A DNA stretch of 39,490 bases from an uncultured Thermoanaerobaculia bacterium (GCA_964497785.1 CAZCEX010000002.1:1-39490), one strand, 5' to 3'. Shown: positions 24,733 to 35,270, numbered from the stretch's first letter. Made by a program: numbers and translations. The notes: generated by a model not told the origin, from the sequence alone.

Positions 24733-26095
24733 CGCGGTGGCGAGCCTGCTCGGCGGCGACCTCAGGGGCGATGCCTCGGTTTTGGTCTCCGGTGCGGAGG
24801 TTGACTCCCGGCTGGTCAAGGAAGGCGATCTCTTCGTTGCCCTCCAGGGCGCCAGGACGGACGGCCACGCTTTCCTCGGACCAGCGCTCGAAACCGCCTC
24901 CGCCGCGCTGGTCCGGCGGGGCACGGATCTTCCGCCGGTGGCTCCGGGTCGTGCCCTCATCGCCGTCGACGACCCGCTCGCAGCCTATCACCGGCTCGCC
25001 TCCCACGATCGGTCGAGGCGGCAATGGCGGGTTCTGGCCGTGACCGGATCGGTGGGCAAGACCACCACCAAGGACATGCTTGCCGCCCTTCTCGGTGAGA
25101 CTCTGACGACCGGGTATTCCGAGGGCAATCGCAACTCGACTCTCGGCCTTCCGGCCCAGCTTCTGTCACAGCCGGAAGATACGGCGGTTTTTGTCGCTGA
25201 AACCGGGATGAGTCGTTCCGGTGAACTCGACCTGCTCGGCGCCATCCTGCGGCCGGACCTGGTGCTCTACACCAGGATCACGTCGGCTCATACCGAATTC
25301 TTTGACGGAATCGAAGGCGTTGTCGAGGCCAAAGCAGAACTCTTGCGGCATCTCGATCACAACGGCGTACTCGTCATCAACGGAAACGATCCCCACCAGA
25401 GAACTTTCCCCGAGCGCTGCGGGGCCCGGGTCGTACGTTACGGGGGGGGCGACGGAGAGGCTCGTCTCGAGCAGGTCGAAGATCTGGGCCTTGAAGGAAC
25501 GCGTGGAGTTCTCGTCCTGGCATCCGGGCGAGCACCCTTCGAACTCCCACTCGCAGGTCGCCACAATGCTGAGAACTTCCTTGCTGCGGCCGCCGCCGCC
25601 GGCACACTCGGCGTCACGGCCGCCGAAGCAGGGCAACGGGCTTCTCGCCTCCGGCCGGCAAAACACCGCGGTGAAATCGTACGCTTGCCCGGGGGCATCA
25701 CCATCGTCGACGACTCTTACAACGCATCACCGTCGGCAGTGGCGTGCGCCCTGGATTTGCTTGCCACCGCTCGGGGGCGCCGCATCGCGGTGCTCGGTGA
25801 GATGTTCGAGCTCGGACCTGCTGCTGCAAGAGAGCACCATCAGATCGGCATACGCGCGGCCTCGGCATGCCACGAACTGCTCGCCGTGGGTGGGGCGATG
25901 GCCGAACGTTTTCTAAACGGCGCCCGCGCCGCCGGCATGCCGTCGGACCGGACTCGCCACGTTGCCAGTGCCGCCGCCGCTGCCGAGGAGCTGCAGTCCA
26001 TGATGGAGGACGGCGACACCGTGCTCGTCAAGGGTTCTCGCGGTATCGGGCTCGACGCCACGGTCGCCGCCCTCATCCGGGGTGGAGGCGCCTGA
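24716..26095 (+). CDS. murF: UDP-N-acetylmuramoyl-tripeptide--D-alanyl-D-alanine ligase MurF (459 aa)
   Basis: VDSRLVKEGDLFVALQGARTDGHAF, VTGSVGKTTTKDML, DDSYNASPSAV, VLGEMFELG and VLVKGSRG are MurF-type motifs. There is no DNPR or GKGHE motif of MurE. Overlaps the ftsI end by 17 nt. Confidence 0.88.
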   Translation: MRMRVSAVASLLGGDLRGDASVLVSGAEVDSRLVKEGDLFVALQGARTDGHAFLGPALETASAALVRRGTDLPPVAPGRALIAVDDPLAAYHRLASHDRSRRQWRVLAVTGSVGKTTTKDMLAALLGETLTTGYSEGNRNSTLGLPAQLLSQPEDTAVFVAETGMSRSGELDLLGAILRPDLVLYTRITSAHTEFFDGIEGVVEAKAELLRHLDHNGVLVINGNDPHQRTFPERCGARVVRYGGGDGEARLEQVEDLGLEGTRGVLVLASGRAPFELPLAGRHNAENFLAAAAAAGTLGVTAAEAGQRASRLRPAKHRGEIVRLPGGITIVDDSYNASPSAVACALDLLATARGRRIAVLGEMFELGPAAAREHHQIGIRAASACHELLAVGGAMAERFLNGARAAGMPSDRTRHVASAAAAAEELQSMMEDGDTVLVKGSRGIGLDATVAALIRGGGA

Positions 26096-27180
26096 TGCTC
26101 TACTGGCTCCTTTACTCACTCCACGAGACCTTCAGCGGTTTCAACGTGTTCCGCTACATCACGTTCAGAACCGGCCTCGCGCTCGCAACGGCATTCTTCG
26201 TTAGTCTCGTCCTGGGTCCATGGCTGCTCGACCGCCTGCGCAGGCTCCAGATTCGTCAGGCCATCCGCGAAGAGGGACCCAGTCACCATCAGGTCAAGGC
26301 GGGAACCCCGACCATGGGGGGAGTGCTCATCATCGGCGCGATCGTCATCTCTACGGTGCTGTGGGCCGATCCTACCAACCCCTACGTGTGGACGGTTCTG
26401 GCGGTGACCATCGGCTTCGCCGGCATCGGCTTCGCCGACGACTACATCAAGGTCCGGTATCGTCGCAACCTCGGCCTGACGACGCGCCAGAAGCTCGTAC
26501 TCCAGGTGCTGGTCGGGCTCGGCGGCGGGCTCGCGGCGAGGGCCGTTGCAGAGCCGTCGGTCCACGCCGGCGCCATCGCGTTGCCATTCGTCAAAGAGCT
26601 GCTGCTTCCGCTTGGCATTTTCTACCTGCCGTTCGTTGTCCTCGTCCTCATCGGCACGTCGAACGCAGTCAACCTCACCGATGGTCTCGACGGCCTGGCG
26701 GTCGGCGCCGTTGCGATCGCAGCAACCACATACACCGTATTCGTCTACGTGGCGGGCCACTCAAAAATCGCCGACTACCTGCGCATCGTTCCGGTATCCG
26801 ACGCCGGAGAGGTGACAATATTCACCGGCGCCATGGTCGGTGCGGCGATCGGGTTCTTGTGGTTCAACTGCCACCCGGCGCAGGTCTTCATGGGAGACGT
26901 GGGCTCCCTCGCCCTGGGAGGGGGCCTGGGTATCGTCGCCGTCATCGCCAAGCAGGAACTGCTCCTGGTGCTGGTTGGCGGGCTTTTTGTGCTCGAGGCC
27001 ATGTCGGTTCTCATTCAGGTCGTTTCTTTCAAGCTGCGGGGGAAGAGAGTCTTCCGCATGGCGCCGCTGCACCACCATTTCGAGCTCCTCGGCTGGAGCG
27101 AGACCCAGGTCGTGGTTCGTTTCTGGATCATCGCCCTGGTATTTGCGCTGGCCGGCGTGGCCACGTTGAAGCTGAGGTAG
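26095..27180 (+). CDS. mraY: Phospho-N-acetylmuramoyl-pentapeptide transferase MraY (361 aa)
   Basis: ORF 25867..27180 trimmed to the ATG at 26095 (TGATG junction with the murF stop; GGTGGAGG SD). Motifs GTPTMGG, FADDYIKV, NAVNLTDGLDGLA and HHHFE. Confidence 0.95.
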   Translation: MLYWLLYSLHETFSGFNVFRYITFRTGLALATAFFVSLVLGPWLLDRLRRLQIRQAIREEGPSHHQVKAGTPTMGGVLIIGAIVISTVLWADPTNPYVWTVLAVTIGFAGIGFADDYIKVRYRRNLGLTTRQKLVLQVLVGLGGGLAARAVAEPSVHAGAIALPFVKELLLPLGIFYLPFVVLVLIGTSNAVNLTDGLDGLAVGAVAIAATTYTVFVYVAGHSKIADYLRIVPVSDAGEVTIFTGAMVGAAIGFLWFNCHPAQVFMGDVGSLALGGGLGIVAVIAKQELLLVLVGGLFVLEAMSVLIQVVSFKLRGKRVFRMAPLHHHFELLGWSETQVVVRFWIIALVFALAGVATLKLR

Positions 27181-27182
27181 AG

Positions 27183-28526
27183 GTGGAGACGCTGCAAGCT
27201 GCACGGACACTGGTCGTCGGCCTCGGTCAATCGGGCCTGGCGGCGGCACGCCTCGCCAGTGCGGACGGGGCTTCAGTGGTCGTCACCGACAACCGCAGTG
27301 AGAAGGAGTTGGGCGCAGTGCTCGATGGTCTGCCGGCGGGAACGTCCCTGGCCCTGGGCGGCCACCCTGAGGCGTGCCTCGAGGGGGTCGAGCTCGTCGT
27401 CCTTTCTCCCGGCGTCCCGTCAGACATGGCACTGATCCAAAGCGCCCGCATCCGTGGCATTCCGGTCCTGTCCGAGATTGAGTTCGCGTGGCGCCACCGC
27501 CCCGACACCCCTCTTGTGGCGGTCACCGGGTCCAACGGGAAAAGCACAGTGACCACCCTCATCGCTGAGATGCTCAGGACCGCCGGCAGGCATGCCGTGG
27601 CCGGCGGCAATCTCGGACCCGCTGCCTCCCAGCTCGTTCTTGACGGTGGCTGGCACGAATGGGTTCTCGAGGTGTCGAGCTTCCAGGCCGAGACATTCAT
27701 CGATCTCCGGCCCGATGTGGGGGTATTTCTCAACCTCAGCCAGGATCACCTTGAGCGCCACCCCGACATGGAGAGCTATGCGGCTGCGAAAGGTCGACTC
27801 TTCGCCAATCAGGGTTCTTCGGACATCAGAATCCTCAACGCCGACGATGCGATGGTTGCCGCGACCGGCGGAGATGCCCAACCCCGGTTCTTCGCTCTTG
27901 AGGGCACAGCCGACGCTTTTCTCGCTCGCAACGTGCTCGTCATCGATGGAAAGGACCTGATGCCAAGCTCCGAGCTTGCCCTCTCCGGTCTCCACAACGT
28001 CGCCAACGCCTTGGCCGCGAGCCTTGCCGCAATAGCAATAGGAACGTCTCGACAGAACATCCGAACGACCCTCAAGGGGTTCACCGGATTGCCTCACCGT
28101 CACCAGGTGGTCCACGAAGCCGACGGCGTCCGGTGGGTGGACGACTCGAAAGCGACCAACGCGGGCGCTGCTCTCGCAGCACTTTCCGGGTACCCCAAAA
28201 AATCTGTTCACCTCATTCTTGGTGGTCTCGGAAAAGGTCAGGACTTTACCCTCCTCGCAGAGGCCGTGCACCGTATCGCCGCTCGGGTCTACCTCATCGG
28301 CCGCGACGGCGCGGCCATCGGGCAGGCGGTGGGCAATGGGGTACCCCTCGATCAGTGTGAAACCCTCGAGCGGGCCGTCGAGCACGCTCGCCGCGAGACC
28401 GACCGCGGCCAGGTCGTCGTACTGGCGCCTGGCTGCGCCTCCTTCGACCAGTTTTCCGGCTATCCGGAACGGGGCGAGAAATTCGCCGAGCTGGCGCGAA
28501 ACGTGGGAGGGGCCTCATGCCCATAA
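27183..28526 (+). CDS. murD: UDP-N-acetylmuramoylalanine--D-glutamate ligase MurD (447 aa)
   Basis: The long ORF 26220..28526 is a 5'-extended artefact. Trimmed to the GTG at 27183 (GAGG 5 nt upstream, 2 nt after the mraY stop). Motifs VVGLGQSG and VTGSNGKSTVTT. Confidence 0.88.
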   Translation: METLQAARTLVVGLGQSGLAAARLASADGASVVVTDNRSEKELGAVLDGLPAGTSLALGGHPEACLEGVELVVLSPGVPSDMALIQSARIRGIPVLSEIEFAWRHRPDTPLVAVTGSNGKSTVTTLIAEMLRTAGRHAVAGGNLGPAASQLVLDGGWHEWVLEVSSFQAETFIDLRPDVGVFLNLSQDHLERHPDMESYAAAKGRLFANQGSSDIRILNADDAMVAATGGDAQPRFFALEGTADAFLARNVLVIDGKDLMPSSELALSGLHNVANALAASLAAIAIGTSRQNIRTTLKGFTGLPHRHQVVHEADGVRWVDDSKATNAGAALAALSGYPKKSVHLILGGLGKGQDFTLLAEAVHRIAARVYLIGRDGAAIGQAVGNGVPLDQCETLERAVEHARRETDRGQVVVLAPGCASFDQFSGYPERGEKFAELARNVGGASCP

Positions 28527-29623
28527 CCCAGCATTTCGACCGCCTGCTCTTCGGCGCCACCGTCGCCCTCACGGCGGTCGGCCTGGCGGTCATGGGCTCA
28601 GCTTCATGGGTACTTGCAACGGAGCGGTACAATCGCCCGGCATCCTACTTCGTGACCTGGCAGGCGGCGACGGCAGTCATTGGTTTCTTCGTGATGATCG
28701 CCGTGATGCACCTCAAGACCGGTGTCCTTCTGCGGCCGAAGGTGGTGACGTTCATTGTTGTTGGATCTTGGTTCCTGCTGATTGGGGCCTACCTGCAACC
28801 TCCGATCAACCACACCTATCGCTGGCTCAGCTTCTCTGGAGGCTCCGTTCAACCGTCGGTCGTGGCGCGACTCGCCGTCATTCTCTTCGCCGCCGTCTTT
28901 CTGGCGCGTGGCCGGTCTCGCGATTGGGACTGGCTCAGTCTGGGGGCAGTCGCCGGAGCGTCGGCCATCACCGCTGGGCTGGTTCTCGGCGAGCCGGACC
29001 TCGGCTCCGCAGCACTCATCGTGGTCACTGTCGGTGCGATGACCTTCGTAGCCGGTTTGCCTCTGCGACTGCTTGCGGCGCCGATGGTGATCGCACTCGT
29101 CGGCGCGGTGGTCGCGATCCTGCAGTCGCCCTATCGGCTCGAACGGGTCAAGGCCTTCATCAGCGGAGGCGCCAGTGCCTCCGCCTACGCAGCGGGATAC
29201 GGATACCAGAGTCAACAGAGTCTGGTCGCAATCGGCAGCGGCGGCATCCTCGGCAAGGGATACGGTTCGGGCTTGCAGAAGCTCTTTTTCTTGCCCGAGC
29301 CACACACGGATTTCGTTTTTGCGAGCATGGCCGAGGAGCTCGGTCTCGCCGGCCTCACAATACTGGTCGCGCTGGTTGCGCTCATCACCTGGCGCGGCTT
29401 GCGATTGGCCTGGCGCCAGGCCGAGTCGGCGCGCGCACTGCTCGCCTTCGGGCTCACCTTCACTTTCGGTGTGCAGGCGCTGCTCCATATGCTGGTTTGC
29501 CTGCGCCTTTTGCCTCCGAAGGGTATTCCATTCCCGCTGGTCAGCTATGGCAAGACCGATCTTCTGGTGACCCTCGTGTCGATGGGGCTCCTGCTCAATC
29601 TCTCGCGGGAGATCCGATCGTGA
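28517..29623 (+). CDS. ftsW: SEDS-family peptidoglycan glycosyltransferase FtsW (368 aa)
   Basis: About 10 TM segments. Signature GKGYGSGLQKLFFLPEPHTDFVFA. Overlaps murD by 10 nt. Confidence 0.9.
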   Translation: MPITQHFDRLLFGATVALTAVGLAVMGSASWVLATERYNRPASYFVTWQAATAVIGFFVMIAVMHLKTGVLLRPKVVTFIVVGSWFLLIGAYLQPPINHTYRWLSFSGGSVQPSVVARLAVILFAAVFLARGRSRDWDWLSLGAVAGASAITAGLVLGEPDLGSAALIVVTVGAMTFVAGLPLRLLAAPMVIALVGAVVAILQSPYRLERVKAFISGGASASAYAAGYGYQSQQSLVAIGSGGILGKGYGSGLQKLFFLPEPHTDFVFASMAEELGLAGLTILVALVALITWRGLRLAWRQAESARALLAFGLTFTFGVQALLHMLVCLRLLPPKGIPFPLVSYGKTDLLVTLVSMGLLLNLSREIRS

Positions 29624-30696
29624 GCAGGCGAGTACTGATTGCGGGTGGCGGAACCGGAGGCCACATCTTCCCCGGACTGGCGGTTGCCAAAGAGCTTGCC
29701 GACAGAGGAATCGAAGTGCACTGGCTCGGCGCCCAACGCGGATTGGAGAAGGGTCTGGTCGGTGATCGTGGTCTTCCGATCACCCTCGTCGAGGTCGAAG
29801 GCATTCATGCTCGCCGGCCGGCCGCAGCCGCCCGCGCACTCGGTCTCCTGCCACGGGCTGTCTGGACGGCGATCAAGCTCACCCTGGAGTTCGATCCTGA
29901 TGTCGTTCTCGGGGTCGGCGGATACGCGTCTGCGGCCGGCGTTCTTGCCGCAGGTTTCCTGGGGATCCCGTGGATGCTTCAGGAGCAGAACTCCGTCCCC
30001 GGTTGGACTAATCGTGCGGTCGCGCCGTGGGCTGACCTGGTGTGCTGTGGATTCAAGGATGCCGTTGCCCACTTTCCGTCGATGCCGGCGGAGTGGACCG
30101 GTAACCCGGTGCGGAGCCAGTTCTTCAATGTCGCCGCGGTTGCGCCCGCCAAGGTGCCCCGCCTGTTGGTCCTTGGCGGGAGTCAAGGGTCCCTCTTCCT
30201 CAACCGCAGTCTGCCCCGGGCCCTCGTGACCATTCGCGAGCAGGGTCTCGAGGTGGAGGTTGTTCACCAGGCAGGGTCGCGCTGGACCGAGGTGGTCCGA
30301 ACCGCATACGCCGACCTCCACCTGGAGGCGACGGTGGAGGCGTTCCTCGAAGAGCCCTGGGAGGCTCTCACAAATGCGGATCTCGTCGTTGCCAGGGCAG
30401 GGGCTCTGACGGTCTCGGAGTTGGCGGCGTCCGGGCGGGGCGCCCTGCTGGTACCCTTCGCCGCCGCGGCCGGCAATCACCAGGAGTTCAATGCTCGTTC
30501 GCTCGAGAGCGCCGGCGGTGCAGTCGTGCTCAGTGAGCACCTGGCCGGTAGTCGCCGACTCGCCGAGATTCTCGTCGAGCTTCTATCCGACCACACCGGG
30601 CTCATGGCCATGGGCAAAGCCACCCGCGCAGTCGCTTTGCCTGATGCCGCACGGCGCATCGCGGACAGATTGCTGTCTCTCGGGGGTGTCGGATGA
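29620..30696 (+). CDS. murG: Lipid II-forming N-acetylglucosaminyl transferase MurG (358 aa)
   Basis: ORF 28219..30696 trimmed to the GTG at 29620 (GTGA overlap with the ftsW stop). Motifs IAGGGTGGHIFPGLAVA and ARAGALTVSELAA...P. Confidence 0.9.
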   Translation: MSRRVLIAGGGTGGHIFPGLAVAKELADRGIEVHWLGAQRGLEKGLVGDRGLPITLVEVEGIHARRPAAAARALGLLPRAVWTAIKLTLEFDPDVVLGVGGYASAAGVLAAGFLGIPWMLQEQNSVPGWTNRAVAPWADLVCCGFKDAVAHFPSMPAEWTGNPVRSQFFNVAAVAPAKVPRLLVLGGSQGSLFLNRSLPRALVTIREQGLEVEVVHQAGSRWTEVVRTAYADLHLEATVEAFLEEPWEALTNADLVVARAGALTVSELAASGRGALLVPFAAAAGNHQEFNARSLESAGGAVVLSEHLAGSRRLAEILVELLSDHTGLMAMGKATRAVALPDAARRIADRLLSLGGVG

Positions 30697-32072
30697 ACCG
30701 GTGGGGCGAAACCGACCGGGTTCACTTCGTCGGCATCGGCGGCGTCGGCATGTGCGGGCTCGCCGAGATCCTGCTCGACGACGGTCTCACGGTCAGCGGG
30801 TGTGATGTCGCCGAGAGCGAACGAACTCTCCGGCTCGCTTCCCGCGGTGCTGTCGTATCCCTCGGTCACGACCCGCTGCACGTACGTGACGCCGATGCAG
30901 TCATCATCACGGCGGCCGTTGCTGCCGACCACCCTGAAATCGAGGCGGCCCGACGCGCAGGGACGCCGATCGTGCGCCGCGCCGAGCTGCTCGCCGAGGT
31001 CGTGCGGCATGATACGACCGTCGCCATCTCCGGGACACACGGCAAGACCACGACGTCCGCCTTACTGGCTCATCTCCTGACCCGCACGGGCTTGGCGCCG
31101 ACATTCGCAGTCGGCGGGCTGGTCAAATCCCTCGAGGCCTTTGGCCGCCGCGGTCGAGGCGGTGTGGCGGTCTGCGAAGCCGATGAGTACGATCGCTCTT
31201 TTCTCGAGCTCGATCCCGTCATCGGCGTCGTCACCAACATCGACGCAGATCACCTGGACTACTACGGCTCCCGGGAGGCACTGAGATCGGCCTTTGCCGA
31301 GTTCGTCTCGTTTGCACCCTTTCACGGCACCGTTTTTTTGTGCGGTGACGACCCGGATGCGCTCGCCCTCGAAACTCATGTGCGAGGAAAAACAGTCGTC
31401 TACGGCACCGGACCCTGCTGTGGTTTGCGGGCGATCGACCTGGAGGCGAGGCCGGGCGGCACCGGCTTCACGGTCGTGCTCGAGAATCGATGCCTTGGAA
31501 GGGTTACGTCGCCCCTCGGTGGGGAGCACAACGTACGCAATGCCCTGGTTGCCATCGGCGCCGGCATCGAGCTCGGCGTCGATTTCGACAGCCTGGCTGC
31601 GGCCGCTGTTGATTTCAGCGGAGTCGGCCGGCGTTTCGAACACGTCGGGGAACGTGCCGGCGTCACCGTGGTGGACGACTACGCCCATCACCCTACCGAG
31701 GTCGAAGCCGTGATGTCGGCCGCAACTCAGATGTACCCCGGGCGGCGGATCGTGGTCGTCTTCCAACCCCATCTTTTCAGCCGGACGAAGGAGCACGCCG
31801 AGGCTTTCGGCCGTGTTCTCGGTATGGCGGAACGTCTGATCGTCCTGCCGATCTACGCCGCTCGTGAAGCGCCGATCCCCGGAATCAGCCACCGTCTCGT
31901 GAAGGAAGCGGCCTCAAGGTCGAAGCAGGGTGGCGAAGTCGTAGACGGCCAGTCGGTCGAAGCAGCGCCGGAGGTTCTGGACAGAATCCTCGAGCCCGGC
32001 GATGTGCTCATGACCCTCGGGGCGGGCGACGTCGACAGGGTCGGCAGGTTGTGGTTGGAGGCCGGACCATGA
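30693..32072 (+). CDS. murC: UDP-N-acetylmuramate--L-alanine ligase MurC (459 aa)
   Basis: ATGA overlap with murG. Motifs HFVGIGGVGMCGLAEIL, ISGTHGKTTTSAL and DDYAHHPTE. Confidence 0.95.
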   Translation: MNRWGETDRVHFVGIGGVGMCGLAEILLDDGLTVSGCDVAESERTLRLASRGAVVSLGHDPLHVRDADAVIITAAVAADHPEIEAARRAGTPIVRRAELLAEVVRHDTTVAISGTHGKTTTSALLAHLLTRTGLAPTFAVGGLVKSLEAFGRRGRGGVAVCEADEYDRSFLELDPVIGVVTNIDADHLDYYGSREALRSAFAEFVSFAPFHGTVFLCGDDPDALALETHVRGKTVVYGTGPCCGLRAIDLEARPGGTGFTVVLENRCLGRVTSPLGGEHNVRNALVAIGAGIELGVDFDSLAAAAVDFSGVGRRFEHVGERAGVTVVDDYAHHPTEVEAVMSAATQMYPGRRIVVVFQPHLFSRTKEHAEAFGRVLGMAERLIVLPIYAAREAPIPGISHRLVKEAASRSKQGGEVVDGQSVEAAPEVLDRILEPGDVLMTLGAGDVDRVGRLWLEAGP

Positions 32073-32800
32073 CGGCGACCAACGGTTCATTCCTGCCGGA
32101 CAGTCTCAGGCCGCAGCCGAAGACCCCACCACGTTCCCGGCGCGGCTTCCACCTGCGTTTGGGCCTGAGTCTCACAGCCATCGCCGCAGTCATCTGGCTC
32201 GCAGCCTCGTGGCGGCTAGAGGCAGTTTCAGTTCGAACCTGCCCTGGCCTGCCGGCGGCGGTCGCCGAGGACCTTGTGGATTTGCGCGGACAATGGGTGC
32301 CAACGGTCGACCTGCAGTGGGTGCGCCGGCAGGCCGAGCAATGGCCGGGCATCGCGGACGTCGATGTCGAACTCCAGCTTCCCGGCACGCTTGTCGTAAG
32401 GGCCGCGGAAGAAGAGTACTGCGGCTCCATTCCCGTCGGCACGGGGTGGAGAGCGGTCTCGTGCGACGGCCGACCGGGCCGTCGTCTGCAAGGGCCTTCG
32501 CCTCCGATCCTCGAGGGATTCGGCGCGGACGAGGTCCGGTTGCGGCGTGGGTTGGCGGTTGGCCGGCGCTTTGCAGGTGGCCATCGCGGCAGTGTGCTCA
32601 GCGTGCGGGAAGTGACGCCGCTGGACCTCGAGGTCCGCCTGCGATCGCAGCCAGGCGCAGGTGACCCCGTAACCGTGAGAGTGCTCCCGGGCGGCAGCCC
32701 CACCGAGGCGTGGTGGCTTGAGAAGAGGACAGAAGGCAGGGCCCCGCTTTGGGCCGATCTGCGATTCGACGACCGGGTCGTCGTGGGAGGTCTCGGGTGA
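32069..32800 (+). CDS. ftsQ: Cell division protein FtsQ/DivIB (POTRA domain; 243 aa)
   Basis: ORF 32051.. trimmed to the ATG at 32069 (ATGA overlap with the murC stop; GGAGG 8 nt upstream). One TM helix (LSLTAIAAVIWLAASW) followed by a POTRA-like beta-alpha region. Canonical position before ftsA. Confidence 0.75.
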   Translation: MTATNGSFLPDSLRPQPKTPPRSRRGFHLRLGLSLTAIAAVIWLAASWRLEAVSVRTCPGLPAAVAEDLVDLRGQWVPTVDLQWVRRQAEQWPGIADVDVELQLPGTLVVRAAEEEYCGSIPVGTGWRAVSCDGRPGRRLQGPSPPILEGFGADEVRLRRGLAVGRRFAGGHRGSVLSVREVTPLDLEVRLRSQPGAGDPVTVRVLPGGSPTEAWWLEKRTEGRAPLWADLRFDDRVVVGGLG

Positions 32801-34047
32801 ACGACGAGCGGTCATTCGTCGGGATTGACGTCGGCTCCGCCTCGGTGAAGGTCGTGGTCGCCACCCCCGAACCGCACCGGATGGTGATCAAGGGTTGTGG
32901 GGAGGCGCGTCACGACGGCGCCCGCAAAGGCATCGTCGCCGCTCTGGACGAGGTCACAACCGCAGTGAGCACTGCGGCCGAAGAGGCCGAGGCGATGGCC
33001 TCGGTACCCGTCGAGCTGGCGTCGATCGCGCTCGGAGGAACCCCGGTGCGGGGCACTCCTTCGACCGCGTCAACACCGGTGACGGGGCGGGACCACGCAG
33101 TGAGCTGGGGCGACCATGATATTGCTCTCGCACGGTGCGCCGAGATCGACATTCCGTCGGAGTACCGGGTGCTCGACATCATCTCCTGTGGTTTCGCGCT
33201 CGATGGCCAACCGGGACTCGAAAACCCCGTAGGCATGGTGGGCCGCCGGCTGGATGCGACAGCCTACGTGCTTTTCACCACCAATGCCCACGCCGACACC
33301 GTCGAGCAGGCGGTGAACCGGGCAGGGGTCAAGGTCACCGGCCTGTTCTACGAGCCGCTGGCAGCAGCGGAAGCCGTGCTCTCCAGGGATGAGAAGGAGT
33401 TTGGCTGCCTGCTCCTGGACATCGGTCATGCGACGAGTGAGTGGATCCTGTGGCGGGACGGCACAGTGGTCTCTGGCGGGGTCTTCCCGGTTGGGGGCCG
33501 TCACTTCACTGCTGATCTCGCAACCGTGATCCAGACCACCACCGAAGGCGGCGAGAAGATCAAACGTCAGGTCGGCGTGTCCCTCGAAAAGAGCGATCTC
33601 GACCTCGTCGGGGTCGAGGTTCCGACACTGTCGGGCAACGGGAATCAGATCATCGAAGGAAGAGCGGCGGCGAATGTGCTTTACGAACGAGCGCAGGAGC
33701 TCTTCGTTGGAGTGGCCCGTGAGCTCGCGAACATGGAGCTGGACCGGGTGCCTCGGGCGGGCGTGGTGCTCACCGGGGGTGGCTCGCGCATCGACGGTAT
33801 GGAGGAGGTCGCAGAAGCGATCTTCGGACACCACGCGCGAATTGGCATGCCGAGGGACCTGGCCGGCGAGGTCGAACCGGTGGCGGGTCCGGAGTGGGCG
33901 GTGGCCATCGGGCTCGTGCGACTGGCACACCAGCGGCAGCTGCAAAATGCGAACGGAAAACCAGCCGGGGCTGGACTGATGAGTCGACTGCGATGGGCCC
34001 TCGGCGAGATATTCGATTTGGGAGGTGGAAATGATCTACATCGATGA
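32797..34047 (+). CDS. ftsA: Cell division protein FtsA (actin-like ATPase; 416 aa)
   Basis: ORF 32749.. trimmed to the GTG at 32797 (GTGA overlap with the ftsQ stop; GGGAGG 6 nt upstream). Motifs [25 protein letters not shown] and [12 protein letters not shown]. Confidence 0.9.
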   Translation: MNDERSFVGIDVGSASVKVVVATPEPHRMVIKGCGEARHDGARKGIVAALDEVTTAVSTAAEEAEAMASVPVELASIALGGTPVRGTPSTASTPVTGRDHAVSWGDHDIALARCAEIDIPSEYRVLDIISCGFALDGQPGLENPVGMVGRRLDATAYVLFTTNAHADTVEQAVNRAGVKVTGLFYEPLAAAEAVLSRDEKEFGCLLLDIGHATSEWILWRDGTVVSGGVFPVGGRHFTADLATVIQTTTEGGEKIKRQVGVSLEKSDLDLVGVEVPTLSGNGNQIIEGRAAANVLYERAQELFVGVARELANMELDRVPRAGVVLTGGGSRIDGMEEVAEAIFGHHARIGMPRDLAGEVEPVAGPEWAVAIGLVRLAHQRQLQNANGKPAGAGLMSRLRWALGEIFDLGGGNDLHR

Positions 34048-35263
34048 CGAAAAAAAGGGCGGTGCGACGACGGGAGAAGAGTGCGGTGAGATGGCGCCGG
34101 TTGAGGCGCCGGGCATTCTCCTGGACGAGATGATGGCCCCGGCGAAGATCAAGGTCTTCGGGGTTGGGGGCGGTGGCTGCAACTCGGTGAACCGCATGAT
34201 CGAGACTGGCCTCACCGGCGTCGAGTTCGTCTCTGCAAATACCGATGCCCAGGCCCTGGAGAAGAGCATGGCACCGGTCAAGCTCCAGCTTGGTCAGGAG
34301 GTGACGCGCGGCCTCGGCGCCGGGGCCAACCCCGAGATCGGGCGACAGGCTGCGATCGAGGCCGACAAGAGGATCTACGACCTCTTGGAAGGCTCGGACA
34401 TGGTTTTCATCACCGCCGGCATGGGCGGCGGTACCGGAACCGGGGCAGCGCCCATCATCGCCCAGATGGCGCAAGACGTCGGCGCCCTGACCGTGGCGGT
34501 CGTGACAAAACCCTTCGCCTTCGAAGGGTCACGGCGGGCGCGTCAGGCCGATCAGGGCATCGCAGCCTTGGCCGAGCACGTCGATACCCTGATCACGATT
34601 CCCAACGACCGCCTGCTCAAGTTCGTCGAACGCAATACGGCGTTCACCGACGCCATGGCGATCGCCGACGACGTCCTACGGCAGGCGGTGCAAGGCATAG
34701 CCGACATCATCACGGTGCCCGGCCTCATCAACCGTGACTTCGCCGACGTGCGCACGGTCATGCAGGGCATGGGCCACGCCATCATGGGTATCGGGACGGG
34801 ATCTGGCGAGCATCGGGCAGTCGAAGCCGCGCAGCAGGCGATCGCATCTCCATTGCTCGAAGAGACCTCGATCGAAGGCGCCAGAGGCCTGCTCATCAAT
34901 ATCACCGGTGGCGAAGGCATTACCCTGGCCGAGATCAACGATGCTGCCGAAATCATCACCGAGGGCACGGACGGCGACGCTCAGGTCCTGTTCGGGGCAG
35001 TGATCGATGAGACCATGGGAGACTCCCTGCAGGTCACAGTCATTGCAACCGGCTTCCACCACGCTCAGGAGGCGAGCTCACTCCCCATGGGCAAGGCCAT
35101 TCGTGGAGTGGACGCCTCGACCCCGGCAGGTCCGGCGGCAGAAGTGCCAGCCGAAAACCGGCGTACGGCCTTTTTTATCCCTCAGGCGCCAAATACGGAG
35201 TATGGGGTCAACATAGGCGACGAGTACGAGATCCCGGCCATCCTCCGAAAACAGATGGACTGA
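34031..35263 (+). CDS. ftsZ: Cell division GTPase FtsZ (410 aa)
   Basis: [25 protein letters not shown] and the tubulin signature [15 protein letters not shown]. The ATG at 34031 is preferred (GGAGG 5 nt upstream). The GTG at 34025 or internal Met codons are alternatives. Confidence 0.95.
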   Translation: MIYIDDEKKGGATTGEECGEMAPVEAPGILLDEMMAPAKIKVFGVGGGGCNSVNRMIETGLTGVEFVSANTDAQALEKSMAPVKLQLGQEVTRGLGAGANPEIGRQAAIEADKRIYDLLEGSDMVFITAGMGGGTGTGAAPIIAQMAQDVGALTVAVVTKPFAFEGSRRARQADQGIAALAEHVDTLITIPNDRLLKFVERNTAFTDAMAIADDVLRQAVQGIADIITVPGLINRDFADVRTVMQGMGHAIMGIGTGSGEHRAVEAAQQAIASPLLEETSIEGARGLLINITGGEGITLAEINDAAEIITEGTDGDAQVLFGAVIDETMGDSLQVTVIATGFHHAQEASSLPMGKAIRGVDASTPAGPAAEVPAENRRTAFFIPQAPNTEYGVNIGDEYEIPAILRKQMD

Positions 35264-35270
35264 GCGCCCC

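Noticed and set aside
24716-26095. Possibility that the Mur ligase after ftsI is MurE (which would make the dcw cluster canonical at that slot)
   Set aside because: Its length (459 aa) and the motifs DDSYNASP, LGEMFELG and VLVKGSRG are MurF-type. The MurE-specific DNPR and GKGHE motifs are absent.
26220-28526. 768-aa ORF spanning mraY and murD
   Set aside because: Its first ~320 codons are an Arg/Gly/Pro-rich out-of-frame read through mraY. Real MurD motifs begin only after the mraY stop, so I trimmed it to the GTG at 27183, which has a GAGG SD.
28219-30696. 825-aa ORF spanning the murD end, ftsW and murG
   Set aside because: Same artefact. The N-terminal 467 codons overlap ftsW out of frame and are Arg/Gly/Ser-rich. 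The MurG signature starts at the GTGA junction with the ftsW stop, so I trimmed it to 29620.
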